Source of the DNA: Marsupella aquatica
Taxonomy: Eukaryota > Plantae > Marchantiophyta
Reading direction: 5' to 3'
NCBI GenBank assembly: GCA_973895155.1
Contig: OZ316891.1
Span: 24,303,899-24,367,898 of the forward strand
Length of the DNA stretch: 64,000 bases
Positions 1-11,456 of this stretch are shown here, in pieces (the stretch's first letter is position 1; each line of letters starts with the position of its first letter). Both the position numbers and the translations under genes were made by a program. The notes beneath the pieces were generated by a model. That model had not been told where the DNA came from. It did not search any database and saw only the letters and a list, made by a program, of their open reading frames with translations.

Positions 1-800
1 CCCCGTAACTCCAGCTTCTTCCTTGCCCTGTTTTAAGATTGAGGCTCTTCCAGAGTTACAACTGCTCTTAATGGTGTGTGTTTGGGTTTCCCTTGATAGG
101 ATTTGAGCACGTTCTCTTTTCCCAGGTCTATGTCGTCTCACCATTGGTGAAGCTTCCTGAATCCTTCAAATCGACTGGCTCTAATTTCATGCTCCGTCCT
201 TCCTTGATCCTTCTCCTTGTACATGATTGACCATTCTAATTAATCTCCTATGTATTCTCCTTTCCGAGCCTTCTTCCACAAATGTCCAATCTTCCAAATT
301 TGTAATAAGAGTCGGCAGAATTGCCCTTGGTGCATTAACCATGCAGAATGGTATCATCCCAAATGCAAAAGCTTGTCCAAAGTTGAGTGTTTGAGGGGGA
401 GTAGTACCATCAATACTTCCTTGATTAAATGCCGATTGGAATGAGTTAAGAGGATCCATAATCAACAAACCTTCAATCTCACTGATGTTGAAATGTTAAT
501 CCCCACTCCTATAATCTTCCTTTCCAACAAATGCCTTATGCATCCCTGAAGGGGGTTGAGAGATCATGGAGGGTTGGGCATAACACCCCTTCATATCTCA
601 AGAAGGTCATTCTTTTGGCACCTTTTGCCTTTCTTCCTAGAATCCGAGAAGACTTGGGTTAGGTGATGATTTCCTCACAAGAGTTTCTTGCAAGAATTCC
701 TCTCCCACGTCAAGGTCCATTCTTCTCCTTCTGGCATTAACGTCCCTTTCTTCTCTAAATCTTTCGGGTCTCAGGTCACTCCCCGGCAGCGGCGCCAAAA
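1..800 (-). repeat. PBS and 5' internal region of a second tandem unit of the Gypsy element, continuing off the window
   Basis: Matches 12198-12997 at a constant offset of 12197. ORFs 187..468 and 12384..12665 are identical. Confidence 0.9.
780..797 (-). other. Primer-binding site, tRNA-Asp type
   Basis: The - strand reads TGGCGCCGCTGCCGGGGA, 3 nt after the LTR end (...CTCTACA). It has one mismatch to the tRNA-Asp PBS TGGCGCCGTTGCCGGGGA typical of Athila. Confidence 0.85.
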
Positions 801-1680
801 TGTAGAGTAGGGTTTAGAGTAAGAATAACTATTCTTCTCTTTAATAGCCTAGATTCGTTCCCGTTAAGAGCTATTGAGACCTAAAAGATTGTAATATGAT
901 ACTTTGAGTACTTTTGAGTAACATACTCAGGTTACAAGCCTTTTTAACATGCTCAGGTTTATGGAAGGAATTTTATGATACTTCCATGAAAGGTATGACG
1001 TTTGTATCATCCATAGTGCAATCAAAAGGGGGTAAAAAGTGTTAAACAAAACCAAAAGCCAGCGGCGTGAAAACTGATAGAAGGTGAGTTATAGATGGAA
1101 ATACACCTTATCACTACATAGTAACTCATGACCAGCGGTAGTACATTAAGAATCATCGGTGTAAAAACTCATGTAAAACTGATGCCTACATATCTTCTTC
1201 AAACCCGCCATCTTTAGAAAATTATAAAAGATCAGCATAAGGTAGCCCGTATTGATTTTCTGACCTATGTCAAAGCAAGGTGGTACTAATCACTCCGAAC
1301 CAACTTATTCTTTTATTCAATCCATCAGATTGCTCTTTTGGATCTATGCAATTTGTGGAATTCTAGTGGTGAATTTGCATCAGCTCCTCATTGAATACAA
1401 GAACTCTATAGTCAACACGAATCAATAGGCTTTTGCATGATCTCATGCATGCGTTTCCAGTCAGCCTATGGGTCAACCAAGCATTACTAGTCACATCAAA
1501 CAGCTTTTTCTAGTAAAGGATAGTCACACACTAAGATTGAATCACAAACCATAGATTACCAAAGATTACTAAAATAGACTTCTCATTGATTTATTACTTC
1601 AAAGAGAAGGAGACTTAAAGTTGAAAGCTAATTTCATGAAAGTCATATTAAGTCTGAGGTTCAAGGAAGAATCTCTCCCT

Positions 1681-1688
1681 TATATATA
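1681..1688 (-). promoter_or_regulatory. Candidate TATA box for the genomic RNA
   Basis: CTTATATATAAGGGAG on the - strand, downstream of the LTR ORF stop and about 880 bp before the LTR end. Confidence 0.5.
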
Positions 1689-1919
1689 AGAGAGATCCGC
1701 TTGAAAAACTAGATGAAAAGACATGCCTTTTCATTATGTAAAAACTAATAAGGTTAACTAGATAAAAATAACTATACTGTGTGAAAGAGGAGGTCATATC
1801 ACTTCCTTCCTTTCTTACAAAACATGGAAAATGGTCGGAACAAAGGCGGAAATCAAATTTCCGGTTAAACCTTCTTTTGAATATAAATTCCGGTTGAACC
1901 TGTTTTTACAGAATCCGGT

Positions 1920-3638
1920 TCATCCGTCTTGGTGTTTAACTATGGCTTCAGGAATTTCTGGCTCTTCAGGAATCTCTGGAGTGATAGTGGGAGTAGGTGC
2001 TTGGCTTTGGAGGGGTTCTATAACATAGGTCACTCCTGTGGAGGTAGTAACAATGTTGCCAGGGGGAACCGGGTTGGTAGGATACTTGCCCATGAGGGAA
2101 GTCCAATCGAAAGGTCCGGGAGTGGTGGTAGGAATGGTCCTTGAGGAAGAGGTGAAATCAGGAGCAGTAGTATCAAGAGTGGTAGGTTCTCCTGATAGAG
2201 GGGATGGAGAATACTGAACTGGTGTCTCCCCATCATCCTTAGCCCAGATCTGGTGTAACTCATTCATTTGGCCCAAAATCTCCTTCATTGCATTCAGGCA
2301 ATCCTCAAGTTTATCTCCATAGTCTTGAGAGATACGAATGACAGTAGCAAGGCAAGTAGGATTGGGTACTTTTACAAAGTACTCTCGAAAGAGTTCTGTT
2401 TGGACCAAATCTCTACCTCTGGTGTTCAGGAAAGGGTCCAAACGATCCACTAAATCCTCCAGACTCTCAATGGCTTCTTCCTCCTTACTCCTCTGTCTTC
2501 TCTCCTTCAGCTGGTTTTCACAATCTGTGAGTCTAACAGACTTCTCCTTGAGGTCCTTGTCCATTCTCTCCACCTTCTCCTTGTTGCCAGCAGTCTGTAT
2601 TACATGCTCAAAGTTTGCTACTAATTCTGAGATTGGAACACCTGCTACTCGAGCCATCTTGGCCAGGTTCTGTTCCATGATACCCATCTTCACTTGTATT
2701 GCCTCCATCTCTCGCTGGATGACTGAGAAATGATTCTGAGAGGATTCTGAGAGCGAACCGGAAGTAGGAATAGAGGTGCTGGCCGATTGAACCGGATTCC
2801 GTCCTAAAGTTAACTTACGGCGCTTGGGAGGTTCAACAACTTGTACCTCTGCTTCCTCTTCGTCCTCTTCTGTGTCCTCTACCTTAACAATCTCTGGATC
2901 TGGGACTCCATAAAGGACATAACTGTTCTTTGTCCCCAAAAGATTCTTCTCCTGTTTGAACAGGACTCCTGCTTGGGCATACAAATGAATCACGTAGGAA
3001 GACAAGGGGGTAGCCGATTTCCCATTGAGATTAGTTGCCAGCTTCTGTATCACATCATACAGGATGGTAGCCCAAGAGATAGTCCTCCCCTTGTAGAGGG
3101 TAGCAATGATAGTGCTCCCTACTCTCTGGATGACTAGTTTTGGTTTCTCTGGGTATAACAGGGGAACCAGGAAAGCCAATACCCTTCTCAAGTCTCCATC
3201 TATGCACTGATTAACACTCCATCCTTCTTTCTCGTCCATCTTTCCTGCAAAGTAATCTATGGTGAGGTTCTCTCCTCGGGGAAGTAGACCAGAGCCCTCT
3301 GTATGCACTTGGTAAGCTTTGCCAATAGCCTCTTTGGTCCAAAGCTTGGGTTGGGCTCTGATGGTATTAGAAAACTCACTTGGGACTTCTCCAGTGAGTA
3401 TCTCTCGGATAACATCTTCACTCTGCCATGCCCAGGTCATCAGAAGTAGGTTGTGGCATCCCATCCTCTCTAGATCAATCCGCAACCTCTCCTTCTCTTC
3501 TGGTCCGGTTGGTAGTACAGGTCTTAGAGGCTTCAAAGCAATAGGTAAATCCTTCCTCTTAGACCGTCAAACTTCGCTCTTGACAGGGGTAGTGTCCGCC
3601 TTCACCTTCTCAGCAGATTGGGGTCTCTGGTTCCTCAT
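1920..3638 (-). CDS. LTR-encoded accessory protein, about 572 aa: globular N-terminus, acidic/NLS-like linker, coiled coil, Pro/Thr-rich tail
   Basis: The 538-aa ORF 1920..3536 extends in frame to an ATG at 3638 through one TGA (3567-3569, likely CGA>TGA). It contains a PPKRRK motif and lies wholly inside the LTR. Confidence 0.75.
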
Positions 3639-3754
3639 GGTGGCTCAACCGGTTCTCGTTAAGGTGAAATCCGGTTCAGAGCGGAAGCCGGGTCAAACGT
3701 CTGGCCTTCCTTCTCCAAGATCGAAGACTATTTACTTCCCCAGCCTTCCCTCCC

Positions 3755-3760
3755 TTTATA
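3755..3760 (-). promoter_or_regulatory. Candidate TATA box for the LTR-encoded ORF
   Basis: CCTATAAAGGGAG on the - strand, about 120 bp upstream of ATG 3638. Confidence 0.45.
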
Positions 3761-4297
3761 GGAGTAGGCTGCCACCTTACACGATTCAGTCAATTCTCTC
3801 CTATACCATGCACTCACAGAGTTATCAAGAATGGTCCTCTCATCCGGACCAAAGACCCTCAACTAGACGGAAGAGCTTCCTCACACTACAACGTCGTCGC
3901 ATCACTATTCGCTCGGGAGGTCAAGACTTACTTCGTTCAGCCTTGAGAGGTGTGAGGAGAGGAAAGCCGGTTCAGCCTGTTTTGGTCTCAGATTCGGCTA
4001 CAGGCTGATCCAAGACTTATGGTTTAACGGTTAAGCCGCTCCTTGCATTGAGATCCTCCGGTGGAATGGACCGGACTTAGATCATTAGGGAAACCGGTTC
4101 CACGGGTTGGGGAGGTTAGAACGGATTTCTTCTGTTGAACCGGCCATCTCAACCAAGCAACTTTTCCGGTTAGCACCTTAAAGTGCTCATAGGAGCCTAA
4201 CAGGTCTAAAAGGTCATAAGAGTTAGTGTTTCCAAGGGTTAAAATTTTAAAATTTCCCTTATTTCTCCTTTTACCAAATAAACATCATCTCACATAG

Positions 4298-4307
4298 CCC
4301 CCTCCTC
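4298..4307 (-). other. Polypurine tract
   Basis: GAGGAGGGGG overlaps the pol stop codon and is followed by CTA and then TGTG (the LTR start). Confidence 0.75.
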
Positions 4308-7161
4308 AAATGGTGCCGCGCCCTCGCAAACCATCATCTGTAGGTAGGAAATATTTCTTCACCCGGGAACCATTAACTCGAGTAGAATGTTCTTGCCCGT
4401 CAAGGTCCGCTAGTTGTAAGGATCCATTAGAGAAGATATACTTTACTTGGTATGGTCCAAGCCACCTTGTATGTAGTTTTCCCGGAAAGGCAAAATATCT
4501 GTTGTCATATAATAAAACATAATCCTCTTTCACAATCTTTACTGGTTTCATCTTCCGGTCAAAGCGAGAAGCACGTTGTTGTTGTTGCCTTCGAGTTTCT
4601 AAAAGAGAAAAATGTCTATCTTCTTCTAATTTTTCCAAATCTTCTAATCTACTGATTTGACTATCCTCAACGGGAAGACGGTCAGAAATATCAATTCGTG
4701 CTGTGGGTATTTCAAATTCTATGGGGACCACAGTATCTAAACCATAAACTAAATAAAAGGGTGTGCGTTTAGTGGTTATCTTTTCTGCAGTGCGATAAGC
4801 CCACAAGGCTGAATGAAGCTTTTGGTCCCAATCTGTCTTATGTGCAGAAACCACTTTAACTAATATTCTCTCCATTAACCCGTTAGCCTTCTCAGTTAAG
4901 CCATTTGCTTTAGGGTTATAAGGAGTAGTCTTCCTATGCTTGATTAGATATTTGTTAGTGATATGCTCAATGGTGTTATTGAGAAAGTGCAAGCCCCTAT
5001 CACTAACAAGCTCTAATGGACAACCAAATCTGGTAATAATATCTTCAAAAAGGAATTTAGCCGCAGTGGCAGCGTCATTCTTTCTTGTGGCTCGAGCTTC
5101 AACCCATTTGGTGGTATAATCTGTTGCTAAGATAATGTATCTATTGCGAGTGTGTACAGCAGCAGGCTGTATGGGTCCTATAAAATCAATGCCCCACTTT
5201 TCAAATGGTGCTAAAGGCATAATGGGTGTTAGAGGCCAATGGGAAGTTGCAGTAGGCTTACCCATACGCTGACATGGGTCACAAGATTGTATGTACTTGT
5301 GAGTGTCGCGGTGCATTGTTGGCCACCAATAACCAGCATCTTTTATTTTTTTAACAGTAACATTCACCGCATAGTGACCGCCAGCCTGTTCTGTGTGCAT
5401 AGCTGCAATCACTCTGTCCACTTCACGTGTCTCGAGACAACGCTTCAATCTCTGGTCGGGAGTTAGTTTGTACAAAGTTCCTCGTTGTAAGGTGTAAGGA
5501 CCTACCTTATGCATGAATACTGCTTGTTGTTCCTGGCTTAAGTTAGGAGGGAAGATTCCTTGAGTAAGCATTTGGACAATATCAAAGTAAAGTGAATCTT
5601 CACCTTCCACATGCCATAGATCCTCATCAGGGAAATCATCCGATAACGGATTGATACTATCTTCACCAGGTAAGCGGGAAAGGAAATCGGCATTGTCATG
5701 GTGTTTCCCAGGTCTTACTTGTACTTCAAAGTTAAATTCTTGTAACAACAAAACCCATCTAGCAATTATTCCTGACAAGTCGGCCTGATTCACCAAATAC
5801 TTCAATGATGAATGGTCTGTATGAAAAATTGTCTTGTATCCAAGTAGGTAGTGACGGAATTTCTTACAGGAGAAAATGACACCCAATGCTTCTCGTTCGG
5901 TGACGGTGTAGTTCTTCTCTGCAGCATTCATCTGCCGACTTGCAAAGTAAATTGGTTGATCCTTCTTATCATCATTTAATTGACTGAGCACTGCACCAAT
6001 GCAAAATGCGGAAGAGTCTATGTACACATGAAAATCTTTCTCCCAATTTGGGGGAATCAACACCGGGGCTTTGGTTAATCTGTCCTTTAGTTCTTCAAAG
6101 GCCTGTTGTCTTACATTGGTCCACTCATAATCAATGTCCTTTTTCAGCAGTTGAGTCAAAGGCATAGCAATGTTAGCATAGTTTCGAATAAATCGACGAT
6201 AGTAACCAACATAGCCTAGGAACCCTCTTAAAGCTCTCAAGTCGGTGGGGGGTTGTAACTTTTGTATAATTTTAACTTTTTCAACATCCACCTCAATTCC
6301 TCGGCTAGAGATGACATGGCCTAGTAAAATGCCTTCTTTCATACCAATAAAGCATTTGTCTGGGTGTAAGCAGAGTTGTGCCTCCCTACATTTTTGAAAG
6401 GTCAAGCGAAGTTTCTCTAAGTGTGATTCGGCTGAACTAAACACACAAAAATCATCAATAAAAATTTCTAGAAACCGATGAAGATATTCCTGGAAAATAA
6501 TCATCATTATTCTTTGGAATGTTCCAGGAGCATTACACAGTCCAAAGGGCATCACATTAAATGCATATGTCCCCCAATCCGTCGTGAAGGTGGTTTTATC
6601 CCGATCCCCTTCTCGTACTGAAACTTGGTTGTACCTCGAGTAACCATCTAAGAAACTGAAAAGAGAGTGAGCAGCTACTGTATCAAGCACGATATCAATG
6701 AATGGTAAGGGGTAGTGGTCCTTCCTTGTTACTGCATTCAGTTTTCGATAATCTTGACACACGCGGATCTTCACTTTTCCATCGGGGCCGGACTTCTTGG
6801 GCACAATGACAATGGGGGATACCCATTCACTACTAAGTACTGGAAAAATAAATCCTGCTTCGGTTAGCTTGTCTATCTCTTCTTTAACCATAATAGAATA
6901 CTTAGGGTTGAGACGGTACTGTCTTTGCCGAATAGGTACTGATCCTTCCAGGAGATCAATCCGATGTTGCCCAAGGTATGGGTGAATTCCTTTGATGTCT
7001 TTGTGGCTCCAGGCGAAAACATCTCGATATTGTTTCAGTAAAGAGATATACTTATCCCTTAAGTCACCTTGAATGTGTTTGCTGATATTTAGAAACTTCC
7101 CTGGTTCAATCTCAATCTTTTGGCAAGCCTTTGGGTCTACTATGCCTTCTGTGAATCCCAT
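4306..7161 (-). CDS. pol: Gypsy pol: reverse transcriptase, RNase H, integrase
   Basis: RT motifs WVSPIVIV, QDYRKLN, MPFGLCNAPGTFQ, FIDD. RH motifs YIDSSA, TEREAL, TDHSSL. INT motifs H..GGH, CDPCQ, WGIDFIGP, SDRG, NGLTE and WLGPY. Confidence 0.95.
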   Translation of the reverse strand: MGFTEGIVDPKACQKIEIEPGKFLNISKHIQGDLRDKYISLLKQYRDVFAWSHKDIKGIHPYLGQHRIDLLEGSVPIRQRQYRLNPKYSIMVKEEIDKLTEAGFIFPVLSSEWVSPIVIVPKKSGPDGKVKIRVCQDYRKLNAVTRKDHYPLPFIDIVLDTVAAHSLFSFLDGYSRYNQVSVREGDRDKTTFTTDWGTYAFNVMPFGLCNAPGTFQRIMMIIFQEYLHRFLEIFIDDFCVFSSAESHLEKLRLTFQKCREAQLCLHPDKCFIGMKEGILLGHVISSRGIEVDVEKVKIIQKLQPPTDLRALRGFLGYVGYYRRFIRNYANIAMPLTQLLKKDIDYEWTNVRQQAFEELKDRLTKAPVLIPPNWEKDFHVYIDSSAFCIGAVLSQLNDDKKDQPIYFASRQMNAAEKNYTVTEREALGVIFSCKKFRHYLLGYKTIFHTDHSSLKYLVNQADLSGIIARWVLLLQEFNFEVQVRPGKHHDNADFLSRLPGEDSINPLSDDFPDEDLWHVEGEDSLYFDIVQMLTQGIFPPNLSQEQQAVFMHKVGPYTLQRGTLYKLTPDQRLKRCLETREVDRVIAAMHTEQAGGHYAVNVTVKKIKDAGYWWPTMHRDTHKYIQSCDPCQRMGKPTATSHWPLTPIMPLAPFEKWGIDFIGPIQPAAVHTRNRYIILATDYTTKWVEARATRKNDAATAAKFLFEDIITRFGCPLELVSDRGLHFLNNTIEHITNKYLIKHRKTTPYNPKANGLTEKANGLMERILVKVVSAHKTDWDQKLHSALWAYRTAEKITTKRTPFYLVYGLDTVVPIEFEIPTARIDISDRLPVEDSQISRLEDLEKLEEDRHFSLLETRRQQQQRASRFDRKMKPVKIVKEDYVLLYDNRYFAFPGKLHTRWLGPYQVKYIFSNGSLQLADLDGQEHSTRVNGSRVKKYFLPTDDGLRGRGTI

Positions 7162-10100
7162 GGACTCAAATTCCCAATTGGCCGTGTTCTCAACGGGGTC
7201 AAGTTCCGTAGGGTCAGGTGATCAAACTCTATTTTCTCGTGTAGGTTCAACAAACAAGGTAGACTTTGACGGTTGGGGTGGAAATAGTCAGGCCGGTTTA
7301 ACCTGTCCGGGAATATCGTAATCCGGTTCAACCTGTCTGGGAATATCGGAATCCGGTTCAACCTGTTCGGGTATGACGGAATCCGGTTCAGCCGGTTCTC
7401 CCGTGTTTTCCGGTTGGGTATAACACTCCTCCTGGCTTCTATCCTGAATACCAATAACTTGATGCTTCTTCATATCTGAAGGTGACAAGGGGTTAGGTTC
7501 ATCAAATTCAAAAATATCAAGGAATTGAACTTGGTCTCCCCTTTTCTTAATCAGCCTCTTAGATTGCTTTTGAATTGGCTCATCTTCATCTGATGTTGAC
7601 GTCGTCGAATTGGAGGTATATCCTTCATCTGCATCTGTTTCTCCAAAATGTGGTTCGTCCTCCCAACTAATGGTCACACTAGGTTTACCGAAAGTAAATT
7701 GTTTGGCATGCCAATTCACTTTGACTCGTGCGTAATAGAGCCATGGACGCCCCAACAGAATTGGGAATGTTGATGGAGTGGAAGGTCTCAGAATCATATA
7801 ATCCAAAGGAAATTCCTTTCCCCCAATGACTGTTGGTATCTTCTCCAATATCCCTATTGGGGTTACTCTGGTCTGATCTGCCATCCTCAAAATGCGAGGG
7901 GTGGGTTTGAAGGACGTATATCCTAGATCAAATGTTGTCTGTTCTGTCATGATGTTGACACTGGATCCTCCATCCACCGGTACTCGATTTAAAATACATC
8001 CATCAATTTGAATCTCAATTTCTGGTGGTCCATGATCTACACATTCAATCTTCCATAATCCATCAATCTCCACCTCAGGCAATTTGTAAGGTCTCTTCCG
8101 AGAAGCCACAAGGGTTCTCATTTGCTTCCGGAATTGTGCATTGGTTCGTAATAATTCTCCAATAGTGATGTTGGCTTTGAGGTTACTTACATCATCCACA
8201 ATATCATAACCTCCCTGTCTTCCGTCAATCTTTAATTTCAGAGGATCCATTTTGAATGTTACCTTCTTCTCAGGCTCTTTGGCATTCAAATTCTCAGGCT
8301 CTGTCCCCTTATTTCGCCCCTTATTCATTTCGCTTGCAATGATCTCTTTCACTTCCTTGGATATATCAGGCAAGAAATATTTTGGGTCATTCCGGTCAAA
8401 CAGGCTCGTCTCATCCACCTCAGTTTTTCTTTTGGTTTCCTTGGTCCTGTCTGGCTCCTTCCTCTGTTTCTTCTTTTCCGAGTGAGTGGTCACTTCCTCT
8501 TTTCAAGACTGAGACCGAGTTGCTGCAAACACATTCAAAATCCTGTCACGATTTCTAACCTGGGTATTGGGTTGATCATGTTCTTCCTTCTTAATCAAAT
8601 TTTTGTGGTAAGTGTCAAAAGTAACTCCAGACAAGGCACCCAACTGAATAACTGGATGTTTTTCCTCTGCCACACACCTTACATCCTCCTGTACCTTCGT
8701 TCTCACCAATCTACATTGGTCAATCTCCTCCTCCTCATAAAAAACCATTCGTACTGCTGGTTCCGGTTGGGGGGTCTCTTTAACCGGGTCCTTCACATAT
8801 CTAACAAGCATCTTGGGCTTCTTTGGCTCGGGGCACTCTACAGGTAGATGGCCTCCCTTCCCACAATTTCCGCATAAGGGTTCATAACCTAAATCCCTCT
8901 TAGGCCACGGACAAGATGGAGAAAAGTGGTCTTTGGCACCACAATTCCAACAAACACCTCTGGTCAACTGGCTTCTAGGTGGGTAACCTCCAGGAGGAGC
9001 CATAGGCGGTTTATATGTTGGTCTATTAGTGCTGGGGTGCGAGACTGGAGTTGTCGGTGGAAAATATTGGACTGGCCCTACACCACTAGTCCCTGGTCCG
9101 GATTGCACCTGATAAATATTATCAGGGTAATATGTAGGGTATGCAGGGTCTTCTCCTTCCTCATATTCCCCATTGGTTACATAACTTACTGACTTCAGAA
9201 AAGGACACTCTTGTGGATAATGACCCATCTTCCGACATACTGTGCACCACACAGTTGATCTCTGGGGGGTGGGTTGTCGTCTAGGCGGTCTGGCTGAAGC
9301 AACATGCACAGAAAGGTTCTTCATTTCCTTGGTGAGACTCGCTATTTGATCTGCCACTTTCCCATCTTTCTTTTTAACAATAACAACTTTCTTTTTCTTC
9401 GTCCTATTTTTACTCTTTTCGTCGTCCGTTGAGGATTCTGAATCACTTGAGGAGGTAGAGGAAGATGAGGTACTGCTCTTAGTTGTTGTAGAACTCCCAG
9501 AAGAAGATGAAGACGAGGAGTCACGGTCTTTCTTAGCTTTCCTCTTATTTTTCTTATTTTTCTTCTTACTGTCCTTCCTTAATTCTTTTAACAAATTCTT
9601 CCTTTGAGAAAGCTCGGAGTCAATATATGCTTGGGCAACTTCATAGGCCTCCTCTAGTGTTGTAGGATTATGTTGTCTAACAAATGCATTTAACTTGTAT
9701 AAAGTCCCTGGATGAACCATTCTTTGGTCATGTTGGCTGGTGGTGCGGGTGCAACTTTCTTAGCCAACTTGGTGACTTTCTGTAGATATGTTCGTAAAGA
9801 CTCACCTCTTTTCATTGTTACAAAGCTGAGTCGAGTGAACGCTCTTGATGTAGCTCCCTCCTCACGGAAAACCTTAAGAAATTCTGTCTTAACGTTTGGC
9901 CAATTGGCCTTGTCCGCAAGTCCAGAGTGCCAAGTTCTTGCCTCTCCTTTCATCAAACCTCCAAATATTTTGGCTTTAAGATCCGGTGCATCATCCCCAT
10001 TGGAGGTTGCCACCGCTTCAAAGTCATCCATCCAAGTTTCTGCATCCTCCTTCCTGCCACGAAAATTCTGGTACCGTACTCTCGAACGACTAGCCATACT

Positions 10101-10856
10101 TGCTGTTTGAATCTTATTAAAAGTAGGTGGGGTAATGGGCGGAACAGGTATTATGGTAGGTGATGTTGACAAGGAATTATTGGGCACCACAAGTTTTTGA
10201 TTGGGTGAGTTATCTGATTCGGAAGTGTTCTGACTGCTGGACTCCCCTCCTGTATCAGTCGTGGTATTCCTGTATACCTCTTCTTGCCAGTCAACACCCT
10301 CTTCCCTTAATTGTTCTGGCGAGTCAAAGAATTCCTCAGGTGTAGTGTGAGCCAGGGTGGTTTCCCATGGGCTAACTTTAGAGGGCGGAGGTGACAATAC
10401 GTGATCTTCACTCAATACTTCTGGCTCTCGGCCTTCATTTGGGCTTTGTTCTGAAATTTCTGATTCCCTTGTTTCAGCAACAACCAAAATTATTTCATGT
10501 TCCACAACCTTTTTCTCATTAGAAATACCATAAGCTGTAAACCCAGGTGACCCTGTGGTTATGTCTCCGTCTAGGCTAGTGGATCTCCTTAATGTGTTAC
10601 CTCGCAGCTTTCGTGCTTTTCTAGGAATTATCTCCTTAGGTCCCGAGCGCAAGTTAACAAACAATGGTCTGCTAGCAGACGGCTTTTCCAATGTGCCACT
10701 TCCCTCCTGTTGCTGTAAGATTGACACCCGATTTGTGATGTTCCCAGGAGCTGGAAATTTTGGTGAGTGGAATTCGTTAATCAATTCTGGAGACTCTAAT
10801 GGTTTGTCAGGAAATCCTTCCCTCTTCTTCCAAATGTGTTTATTCTTATCAGTCAT
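7162..10856 (-). pseudogene. gag: gag and aspartic protease, originally in frame with pol
   Basis: ORFs 9690..10856, 8503..9720 (three CCHC-type knuckles) and 7288..8493 (VDGGSSVN, ILLGRPW) join through one frameshift near 9700 and in-frame TGA codons at 8503, 7288 and one more just upstream of ATG 7161. Confidence 0.88.
7290..7415 (-). repeat. 30-bp in-frame tandem repeat (VEPDSDIPxQ) between PR and RT
   Basis: Units of atccggttcaacctg...ggaat at 7321, 7351 and 7381, plus partial copies. Confidence 0.8.
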
Positions 10857-11456
10857 TCCTCATGATGGTTCCAAAGGTTAGATTGGGAACGGGTATTCCT
10901 TGATCATGTAACTTGTTGTCCCTTCAGAACCCCTACAGGCACGTCCTTTGAGGGCCTTAGTGCCTTTAAAAGTCACAACGATTCCCCTAATACGACACGG
11001 GTAGATGCAACGGGTTCCATCGTTTTGTTAGGAATTGGCCGGTTCAGCCGGGTGTCCTTATTTATTTCCGGTTCAGCCGGTTGGTTATGTATCCCTCCTG
11101 AATCCGGTTCAACCGGATTTTTACCGGCCTCGACCTCTATTCCTTCTTAATGAAGCCCTGCTTAATTCTGGGATGGATATTACCATGTAATGTTCCCCCG
11201 TAATTCTTCCATTAAGTCTTAGGACCACCAAATGAAGATCAGCACCTTCCCACCATGTAATGGAAATTATGTGTATTCCTTGTCTCCCTCGTCTAATTAG
11301 AGTCCTGGTCTGGTTTGAAGCATTCCGCAAGTTACTTACTCTGAATGAACCTAAGGATCTATGGGGAGGCATGACTAAAAGTTCACCCTAGCAATTGGCA
11401 TGAAACTCCTCCAAGTATTCAATAAGCTCTTGATGTTAGGATTTCACAAATGCTTC

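Larger units (their letters stand above)
801..4294 (-). repeat. Full-length LTR (3494 bp), shared between two tandem units
   Basis: The - strand begins TGTGAGAT 3 nt after the PPT GAGGAGGGGG and ends CTCTACA before the PBS. 801-2247 matches 12998-14444, and the terminal ATCTCACA (+) matches 14453-14460. Confidence 0.85.

Noticed and set aside
3319-4008. 229-aa + strand ORF and the many short antisense ORFs across the elements
   Set aside because: These are shadow ORFs opposite or overlapping real coding frames, with no recognisable motifs.
9690-9720. Programmed frameshift or readthrough in gag-pol
   Set aside because: The shift lies mid-capsid without a clear slippery heptamer, and the in-frame TGA stops fit CGA deamination.
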